From Chiloscyllium plagiosum (taxonomy: Eukaryota): a stretch of DNA of 56,991 bases. Positions 1-12,635 of this stretch are shown here, one piece after another. The DNA lies in NCBI RefSeq assembly GCF_004010195.1, contig NC_057752.1, forward strand, positions 4,093,286 to 4,150,276, read 5' to 3'. Position 1 is the first letter of the stretch, and each line of letters begins with the position of its first letter. A model generated the notes under the pieces. That model worked only from the letters and a program-made list of their open reading frames with translations. It did not search any database and was not told the DNA's origin. Position numbers and translations under genes: made by a program.

Positions 1-560
1 AGGTGGATAAATCCCCAGGACCTGATCAGGTGTACCCGAGAACTCTGTGGGAAGCTAGAGAAGTGATTGCTGGGCCTCTTGCTGAGATATTGGTATGATT
101 GATAGTCACAGGTGAGGAGCCGGAAGACTGGAGGTTGGCAAACGTGGTGCCACTGTTTAAGAAGGGTGGTAAGGACAAGCCAGGGAACTATAGACTGGTG
201 AGCCTGACCTCACTGGTGGGCAAGTTGTTGGTGGGAATCCTGAGGGATAGGATGTACATATATTTGGAAAGGCAAGGACTGATTAGGGATAGTCAACATG
301 GCTTTGTGCGTGGGAAATCATGTCTCACAAACTTGATTGAGTTTTTTGAAGAAGTATCAAAGAAGATTGGTGAGGGCAGAGCGGTGGATGTGATCTATAT
401 GGACTTCAGTAAGGTGTTCGACAAGGTTCCCCATGGGAGACTGATTAGCAAGGTTAGATCTCATGGAATACAGGGAGAGCTAGCCATTTGGATACAGAAC
501 TGGCTCAAGACAGAGGGTGGTGGTGGAGGGTTGTTTTTCAGACAGGAGGCCTGTGACCAA
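1..560 (+). mobile_element. CR1/HER1 LINE ORF2 (reverse transcriptase) fragment
   Basis: Translation contains DKSPGPD, WRLANVVPLFKKG..PGNYRLVSLTS, SQHGFVRGKSCLTNL and DVIYMDFSKVFDKVPH, typical CR1 RT motifs; truncated at ~560. Confidence 0.95.
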
Positions 561-561
561 G

Positions 562-666
562 TCTCTGAAAGCTTGTGATTTCAAATAAACCTGTTGGACT
601 ATAACCTGGTGTTGTGTGACTTTTGACCTCATCCACCCCAGTCCAACACTGTCACCTCCACATCAT
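562..666 (+). mobile_element. PLE family A terminal-repeat 3' fragment
   Basis: gaaagcttgtgatttcaaataaacctgttggactataacctggtgttgtgtga...ccccagtccaacac matches the terminus of the GIY-YIG-bearing element at 48115-50309 and the copy at 15640-15767. Confidence 0.8.
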
Positions 667-1321
667 AACCATGAATTGGCATTGAATTATTGAAACCAAA
701 TTAGCATGTGTGTAACATCGCTGAGTCACGTACAATGATCTCCTTTGGCTTTGTGCATTTCTGTGACAGTGGGCTGGATTTAATGGAGCCTATCATGTAA
801 GGAAATGCAGAAGAGGTTGCACCTCATCTCCAGAGGGTGGGAAAACCTTCCACACTTACATTGGAGGCACAAATGGACCTGTAGGGAAACCCATCTGCTC
901 GTTGCAGCTTGTGAACAAGGGTTATTATTGAGCCAATGGCAACAGGTTATCTCTGAACCCACTGAAAATTATTGGTAGTGCAGCGATTAAGTGCAAGTGG
1001 CATGGTGTTTCTGTGCCTCAAGAAAGATGTCAGCCATGTTGGTTATCTCTGTGGTCTCCTTGAGGAAGGAGTACGGAGATCTCTTTCAACCCACTTAGCG
1101 CCCAGTTAAGGGACCCAGCATTAGGTAGTGTGATGGCTACGCAGCGCTATGCATTCTCTCATGATCCTATCTCCATTATCTCCATCTTGCCCTCGTTCAC
1201 CCATGTCTTGGGTCTCTCACTGATCCTCTATCTCTCTCTGGGTGCATAATTGTCAGCAATCACCGATCCTGGTAGCTGCTACTGACCAAGGAGAGTTACC
1301 AGCCTCTGATTAGCTATATCT

Positions 1322-2280
1322 CTTGGTGGATAGAATATAATGTGGGAAAATGTGAGGTTATGCAGTTTGGTGGGAAGAATAGAGGAACTGAATATTATTT
1401 AAATTGAGAAAGACTGCAAAAATCTACAGCACAAAGGAATTTGGGGTACCTTGTACATAAACCACAAAACACCAGCATACAGATTCAACAGATAATAGGG
1501 AAGGCAAAAGGAATAAAATTTCAAAGGGAATAAAAATAGGGATGTCTTGCTAAATCTAAACAAGGCACTAGTTAGACTTCACCTGGACTGCAATGAGTAA
1601 TTTTGATCCCCTTGTCAAAGGAAAGATACACTGACATTGTATACAATCCAGGGAAGGTTAACTAGTTTGATTTTGGGTGTGGAGGGTTTGTCTTGTGAGG
1701 AGAGGTTGAGTCAGTCACGCCTGTACTTGTTAGAGTTTAGGAGAATGAGAGGAGACCTAATTGAAACATACAAATTCTTAGGAGACTTGACAGGGCAAAT
1801 ATAGAAAGTTTGTTTCTCCTTGTGTGAGAACCCAGGACCAGAAGGTATAATCTCAGATTAAGGGCTCACTCATGTAAAACAGAGACGAGAAGGGATTTTC
1901 TCTCTCAGAGGGTAGTGAATTTGTGAAATTCTTTTCTGTTGAGGCTGGGTCGTTAAGTATATTCAAGGCTGAGACAGATTTTTAATCAGAAAAGCCAAAG
2001 ACCTGCGGATGGTGGAAATCAGAAACAAAAACAGAAATTGCAGGAAAAATTCAGCAGGTCTGGCAGCATCTGTGGAGAGAAAGTAGAATCAACATTTTGG
2101 GTCCTATGACTCTCCTTCAGAATTTTCAGATTTTTAATCAATAAGGGCATCAAAGTATCTGTGGAAAAGGGAGGAATGTGGAGTTAAGGATTATCAAATC
2201 AGCCATGATCTCATTGAATGAGAGAGCAGACTCAATGGGCCTATTGGCCTACTTCTGCTCCTGTGTCTTATAGTCTTATG
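1322..2280 (+). mobile_element. CR1 LINE 3' portion (RT C-terminus and 3' UTR), decayed
   Basis: aatgtgggaaaatgtgagg (NVGKCEV), agaggagacctaattgaaacatac (RGDLIETY) and CR1 tail ggcctacttctgctcctgtgtcttatagtcttatg. Confidence 0.9.
1989..2126 (-). mobile_element. PLE family C terminal fragment inserted in the CR1 3' UTR
   Basis: Similar to 55716-55965; flanked by 14-bp direct repeat cagatttttaatca (1975-1988, 2127-2140). Confidence 0.75.
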
Positions 2281-2597
2281 GGTGAGCATTCCATTGCTGG
2301 GGTCCTGTATCTTAGGGAAGGCCAGTTAAGTGCCTGACTGGCATTGATTCTGACGGACCTTCCCCTCTGAATCAAAGCCATTTTCCCATTGTTTCTCCAA
2401 ACCAGGACAAAGTTGCATTGGAAACATTAAATTCCACCCAGCATCTCACAAAAACCACAAAAATAACCAATGTGGGATGCAGAAGTGATGCACTAGTGCA
2501 GTAGAGGTTGCAATTCCATGTCCAAGTATTCATCGAGTGGAGTTCATAATGTATACTTGTAACTAAGTGTCTCCCAGCTCTTTGGCTTATATTGATC

Positions 2598-2700
2598 GGA
2601 AAGACTTGTATTTATGTTATTCTTTTCACAATCACTGGGCAGCTTAAAATGTATCACTGTCAATTAAGTACTTTTATTGAAGTGTAGCTATTGTGTTGGA
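2598..2700 (-). mobile_element. DeuSINE 3' tail fragment
   Basis: gaaagacttgtatttat...ttcacaatc...aagtacttt...gaagtgtag is the reverse complement of the tail seen at 19540-19635. Confidence 0.55.
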
Positions 2701-2732
2701 GAGGAAAACTTTACTTCACAAACTGCTGTGTA

Positions 2733-4532
2733 CATACAAACATAAGAATTAGGAGCAGCCCCGTTAGCCTGCTCTGCCAATTGATACGATCATGGCTGAT
2801 CTCATCTCAGCTCCAACTCCACTTTTTTGTCCATTCTCCCTAACGCTTTAACCCATTATTCATTAAAAATCTGTCTATCTTCTCCTTAAATTTACTCAAT
2901 GCCTCAGTATCCACTGCACGCTGTAGTAGTGAATTCCACAGATTCACAACCCATTGAGAGAAGTAATTTCTCCTCATCTCTGTTTTGGATCTGCTTCCCC
3001 TTCTCCTCAAACCTCTTGTTCCAGATTTCCAACATAAGGAAACATTTATTCTACATTTACTTTGTCAATCCCCTTTAACATCTTGTATACCTCAACTAAA
3101 TTTCTTCTCATCCTTCTCAACTCCAGAGAGTATAGACTTAAATTGCTCTATCATTCTTCATGAGACAACGCCCATATCTCTGAAATTAATCATGTGAACT
3201 TTATCTGGACTGCGTCCAATACAACTACATCCCTCCTCAAGTAAAGGGACCAAAATTGCATGCAATAGTTCATTAATGCCTTGTACAGTTGCAACAACCT
3301 TTCTCTACTTTTATACTCTTCCTTTAGAATAAATGTCAAAATTCCATTTTTCTTCCTTATTATCTGTTGATTCTGCATACTAGTTTTCTTTGATTTATGC
3401 ATGAGGACATGCAGATCCCTTTGTGTTGAAGCAAACTGAAGTTTCTCTCATTTAGATAATAAGTTGTCTTTCTATTCGTCCAACCAAAATGGATAACCTT
3501 ATATTTATCCACGTTAAACTTCATCTGCTAAATTCTGGCCCATTCACCTAACCTGTCCATATCCATTCATAAAATTTTTATTTCTTCATTACAACATAAT
3601 TTCCTACTTATTTTAGTATAATCTGCAAATCTGGTGATAGTACCTTCTAACCCTGCATCCAAGTCGTTAACATTGATTGTAAATATCTGGGGCCCAAGGA
3701 CCGAAGGCTGCCACACTCTACTAATTACATTTGCCTACCCAGAAAAAGACCCTTATATTTCCACTGTCTTCTTTCTGTTGATTAGCCAATCCTCTATCCA
3801 AGCTAATAAATTACTCCTAATCTCACATGATCATATCTTTTTAAAAATCTTTTGTGTAGCACCTTATCAAATACATTGTGGAAGTCCAGATATACTACAT
3901 CTACAAGATCCCCATTATCCATATTGCTTGTTATATCTTCAAAGAATTCTAGCAAATTAGTCAAACCTGATTTACCCTTCATAAAACCATGTTGACTCTA
4001 ACGGATTGTGTTTTGACTTTCCAAATGCCCTGTTATTACTCCCTTAATAATGGTTTCCAACAGTTTCCCAATAACATGTTAAACTCGCTCAACTGTAGAT
4101 TCCTACTCTCTGCCTCCCTCCTGTTTTGAGTAAGAGTGTTACATTAGCACTTCTTCTGCATCCAGGGACTTTTGGAATATTATAAACAATAGATCCACTA
4201 TGTCTGCTACCACTTCCTTTAAGATTCTAGGATGTAGGCCATAAGGCCCTGAGGATTTGTCTGTCTTCAATCCCATTAGTTTGCTCAGTACGTGATGTTC
4301 TAAGTTCCTCCTATTCTATAACCCTTCATTACCTCTTACTATTGGGATGGTACTAGTGTCCTCAACCATGAAAACTGAAGCAAAATATTGATTTAGCGAG
4401 TCAATCATTTCTGTGTTCCCCTCTAGTAACTCTCCAGTTTCATCCTTCAGGGGACCAGCATTCACTATAGCTACTCTCTTCCCTTTTATTCACTTATAAA
4501 AGCTTTCGCCATCTGTTTTTATATTTCATGTT
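2733..4532 (-). mobile_element. CR1 LINE, 5'-truncated, decayed
   Basis: CR1 tail (cataagaattaggagcag) at the left end; minus-strand ORF remnant MQFWSLYLRRDVVVLDAVQ; RT-like sequence continues to ~4500. Confidence 0.88.
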
Positions 4533-5184
4533 TTGCTATTTCAATATAGATAATGAAATGAATGTATTAATGCATTTAAATGTAAGGACAGAACATACAA
4601 CTTTATGAGGAATATGAATTATATCCATCTGTCTTGGTCCAATTACTTGCTTCCCTCTAAGATCGTCACCTGGTAACTGTGCTTTGTTTTGATTCCCTGT
4701 GTGCAATTTGGTCAGATACAAAGTACATTTAGTTGAAGAACTTGATACCTAGAATTTTTTATGGCCCATTAACCATCTGTTGGCACACTGCCTTCTCCTT
4801 TGATGGTGATTTTGTGTATAGCCAGAGTTAAAATTGTTCTGTTGTCATCCACTTCAGGTAAACCAGTTTTGTTTCGGCCATTGTAAATTTAAGATTAGTA
4901 AAACAGCTTGATTCAGTGTGACTGAAATATTAATGCTCAGGATGTTAAATATTTAAATCCCAGCACCAAAAGAAGCTTTCCATTTATCACTGATATACAT
5001 CGTTAATATTATTATAAATCAAGATATCTGAGATGAAATAACTTCTGGTTGGGAATTAGACATTAAGATGGAAATCCATGTTTCATCATTCAGTTTTATC
5101 TTTCCACTGAATATCTTGGTTCCTTGTGCTTTCTATTGAATTCTATGAAAAGGAAATATTTATGTACAATATTCATGAGGTCAT

Positions 5185-5362
5185 TTCTGTCCACCTAAAA
5201 GGACAGGCAGGCCCACGGCTTAAATTCTCATCCAGAAAATGTTCTGTACTCCTCAGTACTGCTGTAGAAGGTCAGCCTTAACTTTTGTGCTCACATCCAG
5301 CTCTGGATTCTGGTTCCAGAATCTTGATTTAGGGGCAAGAGTGCTCCCAACTGAGTCACTTT
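5185..5362 (-). mobile_element. DeuSINE head / Deu-domain fragment
   Basis: tccacctaaaaggacagg...cacggcttaaattctcatcc...ctcctcagtactg...gagtgctcccaactgag matches other in-window DeuSINE copies. Confidence 0.55.
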
Positions 5363-6431
5363 GACACATTATGCAGGGAACCGCTACATTGTAATAATCA
5401 GCAGCTTACAATCCTATCAAATCATGGAGCAGTAAAAGAAATGGAGGAAGGCTGAAGTAAAAATAGTAGCTATATTAAGACATGGAGGGAGGTGAGTAGG
5501 CCAAGAGATTTTAGGAAATAAAATACAGAAGATAGGGCAAAGAATCGGAGGAGGAAATGAGAAGGAGCAGTAATCTGGTGTAGGATATGTTCATTGCTGT
5601 AGGGCTGGGGAAGGTCACCCCAACGGGGTGTAGCAATAATGCTGAAATTTGTAAATCATGAGCAAAGTGGCTGGAGGACAGAATGAATTAGGAGCAATGC
5701 TGTACACATACTTCCATGGTAAGTGCTTTTGGGACAAGAGGGCACGAAAAGCCAAAAGGAAGTCAGTTAAGAAATCCTTATCCTCCTGAAACATTGAGGG
5801 ATCACCTAGAGATTGTGTTATGTCATGCCATGCCATGTCTTGTTCAGCTATACCGCGCCATGCTGTATCATGCCCTGTATTCCTAGATAATTAAATTAAT
5901 TGCTGCCAGTGAATGATGTAAACCTTCATCTGTAGTGTTGGGCTGAAAAAGTGATATCTCAAAACCAAATCATGAAGGGTTAATCATTAAACATTAACTG
6001 GACATGACAATGAGCTATTGAAGAAAGTGGAAAATCGCATGGAAATCAGGCCTAGTGCAAAAATAGCCTGTCATGGCTGGGAGTTAACTGCTCGGTGGGA
6101 AACAGAATATTGTGCAGTTAACATGGGGCAAAATGGAAATGTTTTCTGCACAATAGAATACCTGAAAAAGTACTGAAAGTACAACAAAATGGTGATATAG
6201 CACGTAACATTGGATTCAGAACAGTATTAATATCTGGAACTTTGTCCCATTCGTTGGACTTTCACTATCATACCAGGTTCGAAAGACTGGGGCCATGGAC
6301 TTTCGCCATCAGACTGGGGTTCTTGAGACCAGTGCCATGGAATCTGAGATAGAGCTCCGAGTGCCACTGTTGCCAAGTCCTTGATGTACAAAAGGCAATG
6401 AGACTCATTAGATTGCATGTGTATAAAGTAG

Positions 6432-6630
6432 CCATGACATGGAGGTGCCGGTAGTGGACTGGGGTGGACAAAGTTAAAAATCACACAACACCAGATTATA
6501 GTCCAACAGGTTTATTTGGAAGGACTAGCTTTCTGAGTGCAGCTATCTGACGAAGGAGCAGCACTCCGAAAGCTATACTTCCAAATAAACCTGTTGGACT
6601 ATAACCTGGTGTTGTGTGATTTTTTAACTA
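6432..6630. mobile_element. Palindromic mini-PLE, family A
   Basis: Inverted arms (aaaaatcacacaacaccag..tccaacaggtttatttggaag / cttccaaataaacctgttgga..gtgtgattttt); 12-bp TSD tgtataaagtag (6420-6431, 6631-6642). Confidence 0.88.
6544..6578 (+). ncRNA. Minimal hammerhead ribozyme motif (family A)
   Basis: CTGACGA-A-GGAG..CTCC-GAAA-GCTA; core at 6547-6553 and 6568-6571. Confidence 0.6.
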
Positions 6631-6674
6631 TGTATAAAGTAGTTTAAGCTTATAGATTCACTTATTAGTTTGTA

Positions 6675-6702
6675 TGTGTGTGTATATATATATATATATA
6701 TA
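6675..6702. repeat. (GT)n(AT)n microsatellite
   Basis: tgtgtgtgtatatatatatatatata seen directly. Confidence 0.9.
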
Positions 6703-7725
6703 AATAAATATCTCAAGTAGATTAAACCAATAAATTTGCTATATATTTATGCGCATATGATTCTTGTATTCATTTTGATCAGACCTTAAGGAACCTTTTA
6801 GGTACTTTCAGTCTCACAATACACCATCATAACTCAGAAAAAAATATTGGGAATGGACTTTGTTACTGTAACATTAGAAAACAGCCTTTTCCCAGAATCC
6901 CTCCAAATTAGTGGGTAGTGTAGCAAACAAAAGCTTAATGTTCTGGTAAGTTTTAAGGAAATCCACTTAAATGTGCTGTGCTGCACTTGCATTAAACAGT
7001 CTGTTTAGCTAAAAGAGGCTTACAGCCAAGGGCAGTTTGGCAAGGCTTTGGGTGTTGTCTATGGAATGTAGGTAAATGTGAGAATTGTTATTTGTGCAAA
7101 CCCAAGCAATCCGAACAAAGCATTTGAACTCAATAGTGCCAGACCTGCACTTGAGTGGATGAAGTGTCAAACTTGCAAGATGACATTATGTGAATCCTTG
7201 GTAGCCATTTTAAGCAGCTCCCATAACTAAATAATCAAACTTGTAGAAACCAACACGTTTCCCAATTGTGATTCAGAAATAGTTAAATCCATTGCACACA
7301 AAAAGAATCACTAGTTTGCTTTCATTCTAATCACCCAATAGTAAAACTTGTGCATTTAATAACTACAATCATACCTAGCAAGCAGAATAACAAGCAGAAT
7401 CTTGTTAGGCTAGTAACTACCATTCAAATAAAATAACCCTGGCTGGTTATCTTCTCATGGTTTTGTCTACATGTTTTGTTTTTCTTGTTCAGCTAAATGG
7501 ATTGAGTAATTTCTCTTATGTTCAAAAACGTGTGCCCCTTTAGCGTCAATGTTATATTGACCTAATAACTCATGTTATTCCCAGAGTGACAATCATGAGA
7601 AAAGTCACATAATGGCCTTCTACCAATGTTAACAAAGCAAGATTGTTATGGCGTGAGGTTTGGAGATGAACAGCAGAGGCTCCTGGAGGGTTGAGATCAC
7701 CATACTTCATGTATCTTCTATCCTT

Positions 7726-8225
7726 NNNNNNNNNNNNNNNNNNNNNNNNNNNNNNNNNNNNNNNNNNNNNNNNNNNNNNNNNNNNNNNNNNNNNNNNNNN
7801 NNNNNNNNNNNNNNNNNNNNNNNNNNNNNNNNNNNNNNNNNNNNNNNNNNNNNNNNNNNNNNNNNNNNNNNNNNNNNNNNNNNNNNNNNNNNNNNNNNNN
7901 NNNNNNNNNNNNNNNNNNNNNNNNNNNNNNNNNNNNNNNNNNNNNNNNNNNNNNNNNNNNNNNNNNNNNNNNNNNNNNNNNNNNNNNNNNNNNNNNNNNN
8001 NNNNNNNNNNNNNNNNNNNNNNNNNNNNNNNNNNNNNNNNNNNNNNNNNNNNNNNNNNNNNNNNNNNNNNNNNNNNNNNNNNNNNNNNNNNNNNNNNNNN
8101 NNNNNNNNNNNNNNNNNNNNNNNNNNNNNNNNNNNNNNNNNNNNNNNNNNNNNNNNNNNNNNNNNNNNNNNNNNNNNNNNNNNNNNNNNNNNNNNNNNNN
8201 NNNNNNNNNNNNNNNNNNNNNNNNN
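7726..8225. other. Assembly gap (500 N)
   Basis: N run; other gaps at 35507-35546 and 45487-45986. Confidence 1.
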
Positions 8226-8285
8226 GGTTGGTGTGAACTTGTTGGGCTGAAGGGCCCCTTTCCACACTGTAGGGATTCCAGATAG
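8226..8285 (+). mobile_element. HE1 SINE 3' tail
   Basis: gtgaacttgttgggctgaagggcccctttccacactgtagggattc matches the tail at 40735-40785. Confidence 0.75.
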
Positions 8286-8520
8286 GTTTTACTATGGTTA
8301 AAGGAAACAACCATAGTTTAGAGAGGGAATCTTTTAGGTTTCAGATTTCACTTTGAGTAGAGCAGTCCTGTGAAGTCTTTGAAATAAGATAGCTGAATGT
8401 ACCCATACTCCTGAGATAGAAAGGATATATAGTGAACTATACCTTAGAGTATCATGTTAGGATTATCCCTTAGAGTGGGGGTTAGTGTTAGTCTCAGATC
8501 AGGAGTGTTGGAATAAAACC

Positions 8521-9508
8521 CTATAGAGATTATACATAGATAGGCTAAGTGAGTGGGCAAGGGTCTGACAGATGGAGTATACTGTTATTAAATGTGAGGT
8601 CATCAATTTTGGTAGAAATAACAGCAAAATGGACTATTATTTAATGGAAGAAATTGCAGCAGGCTGCTGTGCAGAGGGACCTGGGTGTCCTTGTGCATGA
8701 ATCATAAAAAACTGGTTTGCAGATGCAGCAGGTAATTAAGAAGGCAAATGGAATATTGACCTTCACTGCCAGAGAGATGCACTTTAAAAACAGGGAGGTT
8801 ATGTGCTAGTGAGGCCAGATGCCAAGTACTGTGCACTGTTTTGGTCTCCTTATTTGAGAATTTTTTTTATTGCATTCTCAGGTTGAGGGCATCCCTGGTT
8901 GGGATGTTAAGAGTTACGAGTCAATCACATTGCTATGGGTCTGCAGTCACATGTAGGTCAGACCAGGTAAGAATGGCAGTTTTCTTCCCTAAAGGACATT
9001 AGTGAACTATTTAGTGTTTTCCTCACAATTGATGTACTGGCATTGAAGGGAGTGCAGAGGAGGTTCACGAGGTTGATTCCGGAGTTGAAGGGGTTGGCTT
9101 ATGAAGAGAGATTGAGAAGACTGCGACTATCCTCATTGGAATTTAAAAGAATGAGTGGGGATCTTACAGAAACATATTAAAATTACAAAGGGAATAGATA
9201 AAATAGAAGCAGGGAGGTTGTTTCCACTGGCGGGTGAAACTATAAGTCAGGGACTCAGCCTCAAATAAGGGGCAGCAGATTTAGGACTGAGTTGAACAGG
9301 AACTTCTTCACCCAAAGAGTTGTGAATCTGTGGAATTCCCTGACCAATGAAGCTGTTGAGTGTTGAATGTTTTTAAGGCAAAGATAGATAGATGTTTGAA
9401 CAGTAAAGGAATTAAGGGTTATGGTGAGCAGGCAAGTAAGTGGAATTGAGTCCATGAAAAGATCAGTTTGATCTTATTGAATGGTAGAGCAGGCTTGATG
9501 AGCCAGTT
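8521..9508 (+). mobile_element. CR1 LINE 3' portion; its 3' UTR resumes at 11521-11556 after a nested HER1 insertion
   Basis: gataggctaagtgagtgggca (DRLSEWA), cagagggacctgggtgtc (QRDLGV); UTR ...gagcaggcttgatgagccagtt | ttggcctactcctgctcctatttcttatg is split by 9509-11520. Confidence 0.88.
8861..9032 (-). mobile_element. Short non-coding relative of the tRNA-headed LINE family, inserted in CR1
   Basis: ttaagag..gtcaatcacattgctatgggtctgcagtcacatgtaggtcagaccaggtaag..ttccctaaaggacattagtgaac resembles the 5' region at 38775-38880, joined directly to a T-rich tail. Confidence 0.65.
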
Positions 9509-11520
9509 AGTCACAGAGTCACAGAGATGTACAGCATGGGGAACAGACCCTTCGGTCCAACTCATTCATGCCGACCAGATAGCCTAACCTAATCTGCCAG
9601 CACTTAGTTCATTTTCCTCAAAACCCTTCCGATTCATATACCCTCCCAGTTGCCTTTTAAATGCTGTAATTGTAACCAGCCTCCACCACTTCCACTGGTA
9701 GCTCATTCCATACACGTACCACCCTCTGTGTGAAAAGGTTGCCCCTTAGGTCCCTTTTAAATCTTTCCCCTCTCACCCTAAACCAATGGCATCTAGTTCT
9801 GGACTCCCCCAGCCGAGGGAAAGACCTTGTCTATTTACCCTATCCATGCCCCTCATGATTTTATAAACCTCTATAAGGTCACCCCTCAGCCTCTGACGCT
9901 CCAGGGAAAACAGCCCAAGCCTATTCAGCCTCTCCCTATAGCCCAAATCCCAACACTTGCAACATCCTTGTAAATCCTTTCTGAACCCTTTCAAGTTGCA
10001 TAACATCCTTCATATAGAAGGGAGACCAGAATTGCAGACAATATTCCAAAAGTGGCCGAACCAATGTCCTGTACAGCCGCAACATGACCTCCCAACTCCA
10101 ATACTCCAATACTCAATACCAATAAAAGAAAGCATACCAAACACTTCTTTACTATCCTATCTTTCTGCGACTCCATTTTCAAGGAACTATAAACCTGCAC
10201 TCCAAGGTCTCTTTGTTCAGCAACACTCTCCAGGACTTTACCATTAAATCCTTGTAAATCTTTTCTAAACCCTTTCAAGTTGCATAACATCCTTCATATA
10301 GAAGGGAGACCAGAATTGCAGACAATATTCCAAAAGTGGCCGAACCAATGTCCTGTACAGCCGCAACATGACCTCCCAACTCCAATACTCCAATACTCAA
10401 TACCAATAAAAGAAAGCATACCAAACACTTCTTTACTATCCTATCTTTCTGCGACTCCATTTTCAAGGAACTATAAACCTGCACTCCAAGGTCTCTTTGT
10501 TCAGCAACACTCTCCAGGACTTTACCATTAAGTGTATAAGTTCTGCCCTGATTTGCCTTTCCAAAATGCAGCACCTCACATTTATCTGAATTAAACTTCA
10601 TCTGCCAGTCCTTGGCCCATTGGCCCATCTGATCAAGATCCCGTTGTAATCTGAGGTAACATTCTTCGCTGTCCACTACACCTCCAATTTTGGTGTCGCT
10701 TGCAAACTTATTAACTATACTTCCTATGTTCACATCCAAATCATTTATATAAATGATAAAAAGCAGTGGACCCAGCAGCGATCCTTGAGACCTCCAGTCT
10801 CAAAGGTAACCCTCCACTACAACCCTCTATTTTCTACCTTCAATCAAGCCAGTTCTGTATGCAAATGGCCAGTTCTCCCTGTATTCCATGAGATCTAACC
10901 TTACTAACCAGTCTACCGTGACAAGCCTTGTTGAACACCTTACCGAAGTCCATAGAGATCACATCCACCGCTCTGCCCTCATCAATTCTCTTTGTTACTT
11001 CTTCAAAAAAACTCAATCAAGTTTGTGAGACATCATTTCCCACACACAAGTCCATGTTAACTATCTGTAATCAGTCCTTGCCTTTCCAAATACATGTAAA
11101 ATTTGTCTCTCAGGATTCCCTCCAACAACTTGCCCACCACTGACGTCAGGCTCACTGTCTATAGTACCCTGGCTTATACTTACCACTTTTCTTAAATAAA
11201 GGCACCATCTTAGCCAACCTCCAGTCTTCCGGCATCTCACCTGTGATTATTGATGATACAAATATCTCAGCAAGAGGCCCAGCAATCACTTCCCACAGAG
11301 TCCAAGGGTACACCTGATTAGGTCCTGGGGTTTATCCACCTTTATGCATTTTAAGACAGCCAGCACTTCCTCCTCTGTAATATGTACATTGTTCAGGATG
11401 TCACCATCTTATTCCCCACAATCTATATCTTCATTCCCCACAGTAAACACAATGCAAAAAACTCATTTAGAATCGCCCCCATCTCCTGCGATTCCACACA
11501 TAGGCTACCTTGCTGATCTT
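9509..11520 (-). mobile_element. HER1/CR1 LINE, ~2 kb 5'-truncated copy
   Basis: Minus-strand ORFs KFASDTKIGGVVDSEE..LQRDLDQMGQWAKDWQMKFNSDKCEVLHFG and LRGDLIEVYKIMRG; HER1-type (agtcacag)n tail at 9509. Confidence 0.93.
9964..10531. repeat. 284-bp tandem duplication inside the HER1 copy
   Basis: 9964-10247 repeated at 10248-10531, near identical (ORF track shows the same peptides twice). Confidence 0.9.
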
Positions 11521-12059
11521 TTGGCCTACTCCTGCTCCTATTTCTTATGATTTTATTACTTAAAGCTGAGTACAATGAAGGTCAGGTGTGTGATAACACC
11601 AGGAAGAAGTCTAAAAGTTGAAGTCACAAGTAATAGATACAGGGATTCTGATGTGAGTATTGCACAAATGTAACAGTGGTGTTTGTACTGTACAAAAACT
11701 ATTTTGTTTCTTTTCAATTTACAAAAGGAATGTTTTGGGATTAATTGGACTATACATTTACTGCGTGTTTAAAAATCTGAATTTGTATTAAGCTAGATAG
11801 TTTGGTTTATTCTATTTATTTTTTCTTCATTTCTTTCATTAATAAACATCTGTTTTATTAATAAACATGTTTTATTGTAAAAGCAAAATCTGCAACATTG
11901 TGTGCTTATTTTTCAGTGACAGACTTTTTTGTTAAAACTAAAAACTAATCAAAATATGATCTATCAAGTTAAGTCTTTAACTGGGATCTGACTTGTATGG
12001 TAATAACATCAGCAAGGTTATAACAGGTCATTTAGGGCTTATGGAGTAGCCTGAGCACC

Positions 12060-12500
12060 AGCCTGGCTAAATTCAATTCACTTTGCAAAATCCTTATTTC
12101 AAATTTTTCTATGGCCTCACCCCTCCTTATTTCTGTAACTGCCTCCATTGCCATAATCCTATGAGATATCAGAGTGTCTGTATTTTGGCCCTTCTGTATC
12201 CCCGATTTTAATTGTTTCACCATTGGTGGGCAAGCCTTCAATCAACTAGGTTACAAGCAATTAAATAACCTTCTTAAACCTCTTTGCCTCTTCAGTGATT
12301 GTAACAAGGTCAGTCAGTTGGACCTCATAGAATATGAGTTCCCTGATTAGGGCTGTTAACCTGGTCCAATTATGGAGCCCCGACTGACAGGTAAAAAGGT
12401 AAAAATGTAAAAACTCCTTAACACCCAGCTTTAAGATCACAATTTGGCCATCTGACCTAATATCTCCTCATGTGGCTCGGCATAGTACTTTGTTTTATAA
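12060..12500 (+). mobile_element. L2 LINE 3' fragment, interrupted at ~12297-12410
   Basis: ttctatggcctcacccctccttatttctgtaac...caccattggtgggcaagccttca...ctccttaacacc; related copies at 15900-16335, 23345-23690, 31075-31420. Confidence 0.6.
12297..12392 (+). repeat. ~95-nt dispersed repeat with nested inverted repeats (possible LTR 5' end)
   Basis: Same unit (gattgtaac...ctgacaggt) at 21541-21635. Confidence 0.7.
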
Positions 12501-12635
12501 TGTGCATTGTGCTAACATTGCAAAAGTTGTGTTGAAAGGGTTTGTATATGTGTATGCTCTAGTTGTGATGAAGAGCAACAGATACAAACCAGAGAAAGGT
12601 TAGGGCACATATATAAGAATGTTAAAAAAGAGTTC

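Larger units (their letters stand above)
771..2439. mobile_element. Possible non-autonomous DNA transposon (Harbinger-like MITE) interrupted by a CR1
   Basis: Imperfect terminal inverted repeats gggctggatttaat (771-784) / attaaattccaccc (2426-2439); flanks agt/agc resemble a 3-bp TSD. Confidence 0.3.

Noticed and set aside
7570..8314. Several long ORFs on both strands
   Set aside because: They are mostly X, produced by the 500-N gap; the same applies at 45049-46690 and 35368-35559.
11560..12025. Solo LTR (also 51180-51728)
   Set aside because: Ends in ..ataaca with aataaa upstream, but no 5' boundary or TSD could be identified, so it is not listed as a feature.
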